Below are positions 1 to 12,371 of a DNA stretch of 64,000 nt, piece after piece (within the stretch, counting starts at the first letter, position 1; each line of letters opens with the position of its first letter). Origin of the DNA: Octopus sinensis (lineage: Eukaryota). The position numbers were made by a program, and so were the translations under genes. The notes beneath the pieces were generated by a model. It worked only from the letters and a program-made list of their open reading frames with translations. It did no database searches and was not told where the DNA came from. Location of the stretch: NCBI RefSeq assembly GCF_006345805.1, contig NC_043009.1:26908001-26972000 (forward strand). The letters are read 5' to 3'.

Positions 1-923
1 CTACCTGGGTGACCAAGTTAGTAGCGGAGGTGGATGCACAGAGAGTATCACCACTAGAATACAAATAGCCTGGGCAAAGTTCAGAAAGCTCCTACCCCTA
101 CTGGCAACAAAAGGTCTCTCCCTCAGAGCAAAAGGTAGATTGTATGATGCATGTGTGCGAACTGCCATGCTTCACGGTAATGAAACATGGGCTGTGACTG
201 CAGAAGACATGCGTAGACTTGAAAGAAATGAAGCTAGCATGATCCGCTGGATGTGTAGTGTCAGTGTGCACGCAAGACAGAGTGTAAGCATCCTGAGAGA
301 AATGCTGGATATAAGAAGCATCAGATGTGGTGTGCAAGAGCGACGCTTGCGATGGTATGGTCATGTGCTGCGGATGGAAGAAGAGAGATGTGTGAAGAAG
401 TGCCACTCCCAAACAGTTGAAGGTATCAGGGGGAGAGGTAGACCCAGGAAGACATGGGATGAGGTAGTCAAGCATGACCTCAGAGCATTGGGCCTCACTG
501 AGGCAATGGCGAAGGACCGAGATCTCTGGAGATATGCTGTGACTACAAAGACCCGGGCTGCTTTCTGCAGCAATTCCACATACCCCCTACCCATTCAAGT
601 ACCCGGATCCCAAAGTACCCTGGATCCCCAAAGTACCCCGATCCCCAAAGTACCCCGGACCTCGTTGCCCCCGTGCTGCTGACACGTTAAAAGCTCGAAC
701 CGATTGTGACCGATGCCGGACCCTCCGGCCCCTGTGCAGGTGGCACGTAAAAAGCACCCAATCCACTCACGGAGTGGTTGGCGTTAGGAAGGGCATCCAG
801 CCGTAGAAACTCTGCCAGATTCAGACTGGAGCCTGGAGCGGCCCCTGGCTTCCCAGACCCGGTCGAACCGTCCAACCCGTGCTAGCGCGGAAAGCGGACG
901 TTAAACGATGATGATGATGATGA

Positions 924-927
<4 letters not shown>
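1..927 (+). mobile_element. RTE-clade LINE 3' portion (ORF C-terminus, 3' UTR, (GAT)n tail), upstream of the first visible SLC22 gene A exon
   Basis: ORF 140-682 has LHGNETW, RRLRWYGHVLRM, RGRGRPRKTW and DRDLWR, typical of RTE C-termini. The 3' UTR carries GGTTGGCGTTAGGAAGGGCATCCAGCCGTA and ends TTAAAC(GAT)n. Confidence 0.85.
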
Positions 928-959
<32 letters not shown>

Positions 960-1161
960 TCTTTTACTTGTTTCAGTCATTTGACTGCAGCCATGCTGGA
1001 GCACCATCTTCCGTCAAACAAATCGTCCCCAGGACTTATTTTTTGTAAGCCCAGTACTTATTCTATCAATCTGTTTTGCCAAACTGCTAAGTTATGGGGA
1101 CATAAACACACCAGCATTGGTTGCCAAGTGATGTTGGGGGAGCAAACACAGACACACAAAC

Positions 1162-1235
<74 letters not shown>

Positions 1236-1398
1236 GACAGGCTTCCTTTAATTTCTGTCTACCAAATCCACTCACAAGGCTTTGGTTAGCCCAAGGCTAT
1301 AGTAGAAGACATTTGCCCAAGGTGCCATGCATTTGGACTGAACCCAGAACCATGTGGTTGGTAAGCAAACTACTTACCACACAGCCACTCCTGCGCCT
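960..1398 (-). mobile_element. tRNA-derived SINE family 1, full length, with internal (CA)n
   Basis: Minus strand reads a tRNA-like head (GGCTGTGTGGTAAG...GGTTCAGTCC), then GGCACCTTGGGCAA, and a 3' GGTGCTCCAGCATGGC...GACTGAAAC end. The family recurs many times in the window. Confidence 0.8.
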
Positions 1399-3237
1399 AT
1401 GTATATACATATTATTATTAATTAAAAAAATGATAATATAATGGCTATAAAATAACCAAAATGGTAAAATTATTAATTTATGATCACGGTACAGGATAGT
1501 ACACAGCATTGCTAGAAATAGGAGTCAAACAGCTTACCAATATTAGTAAGATGGCTTTTTATATACTCATTTTCTTTGAATTCACCAGTGTGTAGAAGTG
1601 ACTTACTGTAGTTCTTGAGCTGTTTGACTCCTGTTTCTAGCAAACCACTCTATCAATATATTTTTGTTTTATCAAAAACTCAGCTAAAAATTGTTGAGTC
1701 GAATCAGCATGGCCAAGGGGAATTAACTGTGTTGGACTTCTAACATAGTTATGTCTTACTCCAGTCCATTGCAAATGTTTTGTTGTGTATTTTGAAGAAT
1801 TACATTTAATTTCACAATATTTGATTCATGTGTCAGGTATGAGTACCAAATCATTGGCAAATATTTACTAACTCATCCTATGATTGATGTTTTTTACTAG
1901 GAGAGCTTATTTCAGATCATAAAACCTTGAACTAAGTGTTATATCTCACAAAACATTTCAACCTGACAAGCAAATGAGAGACCTTCTTGCACAATTGCTC
2001 AACCTGCAAGAAATAGCAACCAAATCACACCTTATTGTCTTACAAAAAGGAAGGACACCACCATCGTTATCGTTATCATCTATGTTTTTCATGCTGATAT
2101 AAGTAAGACAAAGGTGTATGGCTTAGTAGTTGGGGTGTTACACTCATGCTGCTGTGATTGTGGTTTCAACTCTAGGACTGGGTGGTACATTGTGTTTTTG
2201 AGCAAAAACACTTAATTTCACATTGCTCCAGTCCACTCAGCTGTAAATAAATAGCTCTGATGGACTGGCGTCCTGTTCAGGGGAAATATTGTGTTCTCAG
2301 TCACATAGAAACTGGATAACAAGCCCTACGAGTCCCAGGACTCAAGACGGTAGTGTCTAGGCATTGGTGATGATGATGACAGTGATGATGATGATGATGA
2401 TGTTGGTAATGATGATGTTGATGATGATGATGATCAGGTTGGTCAGATTGTCACTGTCTGAATCCCTTTGTAGTGACACTACTGTGGAAGTTTCAGCGCG
2501 CATGCTCAGAATTGGATTACTTCCGCTAGGCCGCCGGAAATTCCTTCATGCGCATGCGCAGGGACTGCAACCTGAAAGCGTAACCGCTAAATCGGTTTTT
2601 GGGAAGAGCAGCCCTAATGAGCGGACGTGGCTGAAACTTCTCTCAGGGAAAACCCTACGCATAGAGAAGCTCTCTTCGAAGCGGGAACGGAGACCGTATC
2701 TTCTTGGCTCACCTGAGTGAACATTTGTAAACAGTCCTGTGGACTTGGCTGCTGGTTCACCAACAAGAAAAATATATGTATATATTTTACCTGTGAACCT
2801 GAGGAATAAAATACTATTTATTGTTATTGAAGACAGCCTGATTTTGTTTCCATTTCTTCGACTTGTATGTGACAAGATAAGACCAGACACCCCTCCAGTG
2901 TTCCTGAAATCTGATCTTGTTACTCATTGTTATTCAGAGTTACTGTCCCCCACTGACCTAGAAAGATCGCAGAATCACATCTTGTTTGTATGTTCCATTT
3001 TGGGCAGGGTTTCTATAGCTTGATGTCCTTTTTAACATCAACCACTTCAGTGTTTTTTTTTTTAATATTTTCATAAAGCTCTAAGATACATGGGACCAGC
3101 TACCCAGATTCCATGGCGTATAAATGACCAGGGTCACAACAGGATGCTGGTCTGTTTGTTGCTTTGCAGAATGTACTAAGTGTATTTATCCTGGTACGAG
3201 CACTTCAGAGGTTGTTATATGGTTGATATGAATAGGG

Positions 3238-3450
3238 TGGGAAGTTGGCAGAACTGTTAGCAGGCCAAGCAAAGTACTTAGTGGCACTTCTTCCGTCATT
3301 ATGATCTGAGTTCAAATTCTGCTGTGGTCACTTTACTTTTCATCATTTTGGGGATCGTTAAAATAAGTACCTGTTGAACACTAGGGGTGATGTAATAGAC
3401 TCATCCCCCCACCTCTCCAGAAATTGCTGGCCTTGTGCCAAAATCTGAAG
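3238..3450 (+). mobile_element. SINE family 2 (Nin-domain-like), degenerate
   Basis: TTGGCAGAACTGTTAGCA...TGAGTTCAAATTC...CTTTTCATC...AAATAAGTACC matches the better copies at 25535 and 46620. Confidence 0.6.
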
Positions 3451-4027
3451 CTGGTATTGTTGAATAAAAAGTTCCTCTCCACCCTGTGCTGCCCCCATGC
3501 GAGCACCAGCCTTGAGCAAGCATCTATTTTAGCCCTGAACTGACCAGTCTTGTGAGTGGATCTGTTAAGTGGAAACTGGAAGAAGCATGATGTGTGTTTA
3601 TGTGGGTGTTGTGTATGTATGTCCACTATTCCAAGTGTGCCTGAGTCAAATAAATTTATTAAGGTGGGTTTTCTACAGCCAGATGACCTTTTTATCACTG
3701 ATCCTCACCAGTTTCCAAGCAAGGTGATATTTCCCATGGCCAAACATGTTTGGCCAAGAGGAATAAGTAGGGGGGCTCTGAAAGGGGTCTCAGGGAGTAG
3801 TGTCCCTGCCTTCCTGAGCTAGTTTTCCACCACATTTCTTAAAAATCATGGTAGGGGCCTTGGTCTCAGGACCACTCATGTCTAGAAACTGAGGTTGGGG
3901 GTAAGCAAGGGCATGGTCCCCGTAGAAAATCCAGCTCCTAAAAAGCCTCATGATAGCAAAGGAGAATGGGCACCAGCCAGCCCAAAGGTTGGGGTGGGCT
4001 GCATCTGCCTACCTCGGTTGCTATGTC

Positions 4028-4079
<52 letters not shown>

Positions 4080-4509
4080 GCATATACATATAAACTATAC
4101 ATATCGTCTTTAAAGATATGTATAATTTATATACACCCATAAAGACAATAGTACAGTAAACCTTTGACTATCACGGGTGTTATTTTCCAAAACCTCCTGC
4201 GATAGGTGAAAATCCAAGAAGTAGAAACAGTACTGTATATATATATATATATATACACACACATGTACATAAAAAGGCTTCTGTACAGTTTCCATTTGTC
4301 AGCCTGAAGTTATAAAAGACACTTGTGTCCAAGTTGCTGTGCTGTAGGTTAGAACCTAAAACCACATGGTTATGAAGTGAACATGTTAACCACATAGCTG
4401 TGCCTTTGCCCAGGTCATATGAAATGGTTACATTAATATTTCTTTAAAAATAAAAAGGCAGCAACACCTGAATTGAATTGAATTGAAAATGAAATTCTTT
4501 TTATTTCAG

Positions 4510-4618
4510 ATCTTCATTGGTTGAAGCAAACTCTGGCAACTGTAGGAAAGTTTGGTTCCACAGCAGCTTTTGGTATTGTGTATATTTACAGCGCCGAATT
4601 ATTCCCAACTACTGTAAG
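4510..4618 (+). CDS. SLC22 gene A exon (TM10, AELFPTTVR)
   Basis: tttcag|ATCTTCATTGG ... ACTGTAAG|gtaagg; 109 nt, the same length as the equivalent exons of genes B and C. Confidence 0.9.
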
Positions 4619-5118
4619 GTAAGGTTTACCTATTTAATACTAACCTGTCTGAGATTCTTCCTGATTCTGCAATATAAACTTTCTGTTTTAAAGTGATCTA
4701 AGTTCAAACTTAGTGATCTAAGTTCCATGTTAATATATATTCCAAATTCCAACTTAAGAATGACAGTTATATCAGTAAATTCTTCATTATTTTAAAAGTT
4801 AATTGAAACAAAAACAGTGTGTTTCAACCAAAATATGGTAACAAAAGGGTTAAATTGATTTTAATTAAAACCTTCCATCAAGATTAATAGTAACAAAGAT
4901 AAATTCTTCAGTATTTTAAAAATTAATTAAAACAAAGGCAGGGTATTTCAGCTGAAATATGATAACAAAAGGGTTAATAAGATCAACGGTCAGGATAATC
5001 GAGCTTTGTCAAGAGAGTAACTGCAACACATCCATTGGGGTGGCATCCATGGTTGTGTAACCAGCTAAAGATTCGCCATGACTCAAGCTTCCAATTCAAA
5101 TTTGTAATAATGTAATTG

Positions 5119-5180
<62 letters not shown>

Positions 5181-8100
5181 TGGGAATGTGTGGAAGAAGT
5201 GCAAACTATCCTAGATGAACCAAGTAATGGTAGTATGAAGTGTAATGATCTAAAAGGGGTTTAAATGTTTTTGCGCAAGAACTGGTTGTCTAATACCTCA
5301 GTCCCTTTGTCAGTACTGAGAAGATAGACAGGATGAGCCAAAAATAGATGAAGTTCTCTTTTGCGTGCACTTAGCTGTGAGAAGACTTTGCACAAGTGGA
5401 TGGAATTCTCCTGTTAGACATGAGTAAAGACACAAAAAACAGTGGTGAGTGACATCAGTGGATTATAAGACATACGTGTTTCTGTGTTGTTTTCACTTCT
5501 TCGGCTATGAACAACAAATCTGTTATTCACAGCCTGGTAAAAATGAAATTATTCTTATTAAGACAGTACAGAGGACACGTGCTGATGTATGTAAAGTTTG
5601 ATTAAGCTAGAATTAAGTAAATAATGTCACATGAAACGACATTTACTGGAATATGTATTTGTGTAGTCATAGTCAACCCACTCAAGTGCACTTGAACATA
5701 AGAAACTTTTCCACTGGGGAGATGGGGGAGCTAAAAGTTTGATTATATATTGTAATCTGTGGGCATAATCTGGTGTCTTCCTGATTTTTGGCCCTCTTCA
5801 TACTTTCTCGATAGCTCTTCCCTCACAGAAAAATATTAAAAAATAAATTATTTGATTTGCTTCCTTTCTTTTTCAGAAACATTGCACTTGGAACAGCAAG
5901 TATATTTGCCAGTATTGGTGGAGCAATTTCTCCTTATATTCTGGAATTTCCAGGACCTTGGCCTTTGATTGTTCTTGGTCTTGTGTCAATATTATCAGGA
6001 GCTTTGAGTCTTTTACTTTATGAGACCAAAGGCAAAGCAATGCCTGATACCATAAACGAAAGTACAAAATATATAAGGTAAAATATTATATTGTTTGATG
6101 TTCAAAGTAAATACCGTAAATCCTCGAGTATAATTCGCATTTTTTCCCCAAAATTTAAAGGTCAAAATCCCTAGTGCGTACTATATCTGAGGTTAAAAAT
6201 GAAAAATATTTTCCAAGCAATGTCTGAATCACTATTTGTTGTCTGGCAATGTTTATTCAGGCACATTTTGTGATGTCGGGCTTGAAAATACCTTAAGCTA
6301 AGCCTGAAAGCAATGAAGTCATAAAGTGATTTATGGACTGAATGGATGTCGACTGGAGAAAAGTCATTCAATGAAGGTGAAAGGGTTCGCGCTCTTGACC
6401 TGACTTTGATAAGCAAATGGATCGTGTATGCATGGAATGAACTTGATCCCCAGATTATTGTGAAAAGTTTTATCAAATGTTGTATATCGTCTGCACTGGA
6501 TGGTACTCAAGATGTCGTTGTATGGAAAGATGAAATAAATGAAAGTGAATCTTCTGATGTTGACTATGAATCTGACGATGACGGAGATTTACACTACAAT
6601 GATGCTGACAAGTTTATGGAGGAACAAATGGAACAGTTATTTGATACTGAAAGTGACGTTGAATTTGAAGGATTTGAATAAATGTTTTTTCTTTTGCTTT
6701 TGCAACTGTTAGTGATAAATATGTAAAGGCAATTTACTTAATATTTATTTTTCACTGACGTTATTACTGTTATTTCTTTATTTTCTGCAAACAAAATGCA
6801 CAAAAAAGCTACACGTTTGCATTGTGTTATATATACAATAATAATAAAGGACGTTAACGTACACATTTTTACAAACCAAGGATGTTATATAGACCTCCTT
6901 GACTCAAGTTAGAGAAGGGGTGCATATTATACACAAGGTTTAGGTTTTTCAGAGGTACAGCCCCCTAAAAATCCCCTGCGTATTATACTCAAGGGCGGAT
7001 TATACTCGAGGATTTATGGTATATATGTGCAGGCATGGCTCTGTGGTTAGGGGTTTGTTTTCCAACCACATGGTTCTGAGATCAGTCCTACTGTGTGGCA
7101 CCTTGGCCAAGGGTCTTCTACTATGTCCTTCAGCTGACCAAAGCCATGTGAGTGGATTTGGTAGTTCTGTGTGTGTGCATGTGTGTGTGTGTGTGTGTGG
7201 TGTCTGTCTTTGTCCCCCCTCACTACCTCTGCTTGACAACTAGCAGTGGTGTGTTTATGCCCCTGTAACTTAGTTGTGCAGCAAAAGAGAATGATAGAAT
7301 AAGTACCAGACTTTACAGAAAAAAAAAATCCCTCACATAAAAAATTAAGGGTTAGGAACAGGGAGGGCATCCTTCCATAAAAACATCTCAATGATATGCA
7401 CCTGTCCTATCTGTGCTAACAGGAAAATGGAATATTTTCTAAAATGTTCTCTCTTATAGCCCCCTTGTACATTCAGGGGTCACCTAGACACCTCATCACC
7501 ACTATTTAAATTCCTTTCCAGTTCCATCCCAGTCACCCACCCCTCTCTAACAATATATGAGTAGTCATGTAGTTCCTGTACAACAAGACACCTGTTCTTC
7601 TCTGGTCCCTTTTTCATATTTTAACCTTTTTATCTCTTAATGTATGGCCACTCCCTTAGACTGCCATGAAAAAAAAGGTACCACCCAGTACAAGGTGTAA
7701 AGTGGTTGGTGTTAGGAAGGGCATCCAGATGTTGAAATCATGCCAAAGCAGACAGTAGAGCTTGATGCAGTCCTCAGACTCCTCAGATATTGTTAAACCT
7801 CTAACCCATGCCAGCACGAAAGATGGATGTTAAATGCTGTTAATGGTGATGGTGACACAATTCTATAGTTTTGAGGCGAGGAATTTATATTAGTTGGATG
7901 GTATCTTCATCTTGATTGTTGCTTTCACTATGTTTTGGCTGTTGTTTTCTCCAGCATTCTTCAGGTGTCTTGTGATTCACCATAATGCCTTACCTGGGAC
8001 TGAACTCAGGTTTATAAGCCTTAAAAATTCACTCTGTTACTGCCTATAGGAATTGCATAGATAAAGGTGTTGGGAATGCAGTGCAGTTACCTGGATGTTC

Positions 8101-8450
8101 TGGGTTCAATCCAAGGTAAGGCACTAAGGAGAATCATGAGACAGCTGAAGATGGCTGGAGTATACAACAGCCAAAACATAGTGAAAAGCAACAATGAAGT
8201 TGAGGACACCAGTTTGACTTATGTAAACAATATATTTGATGATGATGATGTTGGTGATATGGTTCGAATAAAGGGTTGTACATACCTTGATTGTTACCAA
8301 GGCTATGATTTTTTGAAGGTCTTAATGATTATGTCTTATATTTTACTTCTTTTCAGATCTGAACCTTGTAAAGAGGAAGGTGTTAAAATGATATCCAAGA
8401 AAAATGAGAAACCCAATTCTTCTTCAGATGAACAAGCCGACATGACTTAA
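4510..8450 (+). CDS. SLC22-family organic ion transporter gene A, 3' part (exons 4510-4618, 5877-6077, 8357-8450); upstream exons not found in the window
   Basis: The spliced frame reads [56 protein letters not shown]...[15 protein letters not shown]...[11 protein letters not shown]...DMT*. It has the SLC22 signatures ELFPT and ETKG..P.T, GT-AG boundaries and matching phases. Confidence 0.88.
5877..6077 (+). CDS. SLC22 gene A exon (TM11-TM12)
   Basis: tttcag|AAACATTGCA ... TATATAAG|gtaaaa; lies within ORF 5857-6081. Confidence 0.9.
6114..7019 (+). mobile_element. pogo/Tigger-like (Tc1-mariner superfamily) internally deleted DNA transposon
   Basis: TIRs CCGTAAATCCTCGAGTATAA / TTATACTCGAGGATTTATGG are each flanked by TA. 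Internal ORF 6346-6681 ([29 protein letters not shown] plus an acidic tail) resembles a pogo transposase C-terminus. Confidence 0.85.
7027..7320 (+). mobile_element. SINE family 1 copy (CpG-decayed)
   Basis: Matches the family 1 head and body: AACCACATGGTTC...GGCACCTTGGCCAAG...GATAGAATAAGTACCAG. Confidence 0.7.
7905..8210. repeat. Penelope-like inverted repeat with degenerate hammerhead relics, in the last intron of gene A
   Basis: Arms ~7905-8010 and ~8100-8210 are reverse complements. The right arm has CTGAAGA-TGGCTG...CAGCC-AAAAC, with G12 lost. Confidence 0.6.
8357..8450 (+). CDS. SLC22 gene A terminal coding exon
   Basis: A polypyrimidine tract and tttcag|A TCT GAA CCT; the phase matches the previous exon; ends in TAA at 8450. 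Confidence 0.75.
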
Positions 8451-8797
8451 ATTATTTCTAACATTTAAATTTTTATACTTAGTATTTTAATAAATTGTTT
8501 TCCCATTTTGTTAGAAATCTTTCTGTGACTGGTTTTCTTTTAAGCATCATTCTTTGTTTACTGATGTTTACATTTAGGTGCATGCATAGCTGTGTGGTTA
8601 AGAACTTTGCTCCCCAACCACACTGTTTCAGGTTCAGTCCCACTGCACAGCCCCATGGGCAAGTGTCTTCTACTATAGTCCTGGGTTGTCGAAAGCCTTG
8701 TGAGTGAATTTGGTAGACAGAAACTGAAAGAAGCCTGTCACATGTGTGTGTGTGTGTATATATATATATGATATATACATACATACATACATATATT

Positions 8798-8852
<55 letters not shown>

Positions 8853-9159
8853 ATTTATACCTACCTACCTACCTACCTACCTACCAACCCAAATCCTACC
8901 TACCTACCTACCTACATACATACATATGATGATTGCTTCATCTTGAGAGATGATATCTGTCCTATAAACATACACACCACACCTCATCACACAGCACAAT
9001 CCCTCCGTTGATGAGCCCTTAGATGACTTTTAAGACCAGCTGCTGACTGACAGGGTTTAATACACAAGTGACAAATATTATTCAAGTTTCTTATGTATGT
9101 ATGTATGTATGTATGTATGTATGTATGTATGTAGTAGGTAGGTAGGTAGGTAGGTAGGA

Positions 9160-9345
9160 CTCTGATTCTGAAGGAATGTTTTTGTGAACTAGCATATGTC
9201 TTTTAAGTCCAGATATTGTCTTACAAGTTTTTTGACAAGTCGTAATAGGTGGTTGGTGTCCAAGATCATCACCTATCTGGGCATTACGATTTTCATGTGA
9301 CTTCATATGTTTCATGTGTCCTGCTTCTGACAACAGAACACAGTC
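9160..9345 (-). mobile_element. LINE-like C-terminal fragment with two C2H2-type zinc-finger relics
   Basis: ORF 9091-9381 has CVICDCVLLSEAGHMKHMKSH and TCQKTCKTISGLKRHMLVH, then runs into a simple-repeat tail. Confidence 0.45.
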
Positions 9346-9699
9346 ACATATAACACATATCCATATATATGGTGAAGGCACATGGCCTAGTGGTTAGGCT
9401 GTTGCACTCGTGGTCACTAGATTGTGGGTTCAATTCCTAGGTCAGGCAGTGTATTCTGTTCATTGTATTCTTGAGCAAAACACTTAATTTCACATTGCTC
9501 CAGTCCCCCTTCGACCATGGGGGTGGGGAGGCTTGTTGACCTGCTCACCTTACCAGTGAGGTGGCATCATTTGAAGGCTAAAACAATACAAAGTGCATTG
9601 TGATCAGCAATGTGTAAGAACATCTGATAGACTAGCTGGTTACCTGCTTCTAAGTAAGGTGATATTTTCCCATGACTAGACATATTTTCACAGACATCT

Positions 9700-10060
9700 T
9701 TGCAACCATGTGGTTTTGGGTTCACTTCCACTGCACAGTACCATCTTGGGCAAGTTCCTTCTATAGTCCAGGACTAACCAATGCCATGTGAGTGAATTTG
9801 GCAGACAGAAGCTGCATAGAAGTCTGTTGTATATATGTGTATGTGTGTGTGTTGTGTGTGTATTTTTGTGTTTGTCCCCCACCTCCCACATTATTGCCCC
9901 TTGACAACCAGTGTTGGTTTGTTTACCTCCTCATAAAAGAAAATGACACTAAGTATCCAAACTTAAAAGATAAGTACCAGGGTTCATTTGTTTGACTAAA
10001 CCCTTCCAGGTGGTGCTCCAGCATGGCTGTGCTCCAGTGAATGAAACAAGTGGAAGATAA
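9700..10060 (+). mobile_element. SINE family 1 copy
   Basis: AACCATGTGGTT...CTTGGGCAAG...GGTGCTCCAGCATGGC...GAAACAAG. Confidence 0.65.
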
Positions 10061-11761
10061 AGCTATAAAATGACTGATACAAGTAAACCAAGTTTATTTT
10101 CACATTTTAAATAATTAAGAACATTTACAAAGAAATGGCAAGATCAGAATTAAGGAATTTGAGAATTACAATTAAAATGACAGAAAGATTGAGAAAATGT
10201 GATGCATGACAGATATGTCTAACCCATACCAGCATGGAGGCTGAACACTAAAACATTGCTGATGATGATTCATAAATTATGCCATCCATCATCATCATTT
10301 AAAGTCCATTTTCCATCCTGACCAGCTGAAGCACTAGCCAGGCTCCTTGTCTGTGTTAGTATGGCTTTTTACTGCTGGATGCCCTTCCTAACGCCAACCA
10401 CTTTACAGTGTGTACTGGGTGTGTTTATGTGGCACAATCACAGTTATATTAAATTTTAGGTTACATGGATACTTGCAAATTAACTCTTTTCCCTATTGGC
10501 AAAAGGCCTGAAATTTTGGCAGGAGGAGGATAGTTGATTTCATTGACCCCAATACTTTACTGGTACTTGTTTTATTTTCCCTGTAAGGATGAAAGGCAAA
10601 GTCGACCATGGCAGAATTTGAACTCAGAATATAACAGAACTGGAAGAAATGCCACTAACCATTACATCTGATATGGTAACAGTTCTGCTAGCTCTTCGTT
10701 TTACTCTTGTAAATTTACATTCAGCTTTACCATCAAGTCGTGCAGTGAATTTCGCTTAAAAATTAATGGTTTTCAACCATTTTTCTACGTATGAACCCCT
10801 TTTGATCCCTATTTTTAACGTGCTAACGCTTCTGCTAGCTCGTCGCCTTCATGAGTAAGGAGATTAGAAATTTTAACCCCAAAGAAGTAGCATAAGGCAA
10901 AAAATGTATTAGAAATGTCTGATGGAAAGGCACTGCTATGTTCGAATATCTTAATTCAAACATAAATAATATATACATAATAATATACACCTGAAGACGA
11001 TACCACAATATGCTGTTGTAATCAAAGTGGACTACAGCAAACGTTGATTCCTGTATTCCGGCTAACAATAAAGAATGCTATTTTTTAATATCGTTAATTA
11101 ATGGTTGTCTATATGGAAAATGTATTTCTTAAATATTATTTATAACCAGAGCAAAATGTTGGGAAAAAAATGAAAGTTAAGAGGGGAGGTAACTCTAAAC
11201 GCATTTTCTTAAACAGTTATTTTATTAGAAGCAGGAATTCCAACCATGTTTCGTGGTTCGTTACCTCAATAGCTCTTTTTTAGGATCCAGTGGCTAAAGA
11301 CATTATCAGGTGGAGCCACGTCCGTTTTTGGCCCCCTTCCGAGGTGTTTTCAGCTCTGGTGTTGAGTGGTTCTTTTTCTTTCTCCTTTTTTCTTTTGCTC
11401 TTTGGTGTCTTCGATGCAGCGTGGTCAAGAAATCTGTATTATTAAACAACAAATAAAAAATGAAAAGAAAATGTAGGAGAAATAAAAAAAAAATGAAATT
11501 TAAGAATACGGGGAGGTAACTCTAAATGTATTTTCTTCAACAGTTATTTTATTTCGGTCCCTTGTGCCTAGAATAGAAAAGTTTATTAATAACAATAATC
11601 CTTTCTACTATAGATACAAGGCCTGAAATTTTGGGGAAGGGGATGAGACGATTACTTCGACGCCAGTGCGTAACTGGTACTTAATTTATCGAACTCGAAA
11701 GGATGAAAGGCAAAGTCGACTCCGGCGGCATTTGAAATTATTATTATTATTATTAATAATG

Positions 11762-11801
<40 letters not shown>

Positions 11802-11817
11802 TAATAATAATAATAAT

Positions 11818-12371
11818 GCCCTGATGCAGTACCAGGCAGTGACTCTCATGGCTTCTGATCTTAACTGATTGGAAGTGTTATCATGTACATTGTTTTGTCT
11901 TGGTATAAAAGATGGGCTACAGCAAATATTCTGCTCAATACCACAGATTTGCTTGTCAGTTGTTTGACCGTAACCAGTTGAGCATGTCCTTTAGTGGCTG
12001 ACGATATGTGCATCTCTGATCACAAGCAGAAGTAGTGGGGGAGCATCATAGCCATGTGTTGAGAGGGATTCTTTGGGGTTTGAATAATTCACCTCTGGAA
12101 ACATGGGTGGTTCTTTCAACATCCTTAAACAACCCTTATTCAGGGACCTTTTGAGCGGGATGGGCTACTCAACCTGAAGAAAATTCTAACTGGGCCCCAC
12201 CTGCATGGTCATGTGCTGTTTATCTTGATATGAGATCACCATGTCGCGCACATATGGTTGTGATGCATGTGCCTGGTGTACCCTTATCAGGCGGGTGGTC
12301 ATGATGGGTATACTGGACTTCGTATATTTTACCCCAGTGTCACTTTGATGGCATGAACTGCTCTCTCACTC
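11818..12371. mobile_element. ~555-bp non-coding element embedded in (AAT)n
   Basis: A higher-GC unique block flanked by (AAT)n on both sides (11755-11817 and 12372-12393). Confidence 0.5.

Noticed and set aside
8067-8356. 5' part of ORF 8067-8450 as coding sequence
   Set aside because: It overlaps an inverted repeat arm in the intron; only 8357-8450 fits the splice model.
9091-9381. Host C2H2 zinc-finger gene
   Set aside because: It is an isolated fragment with no TGEKP linkers or splice context and runs into a simple-repeat tail, so it fits a LINE C-terminus better.
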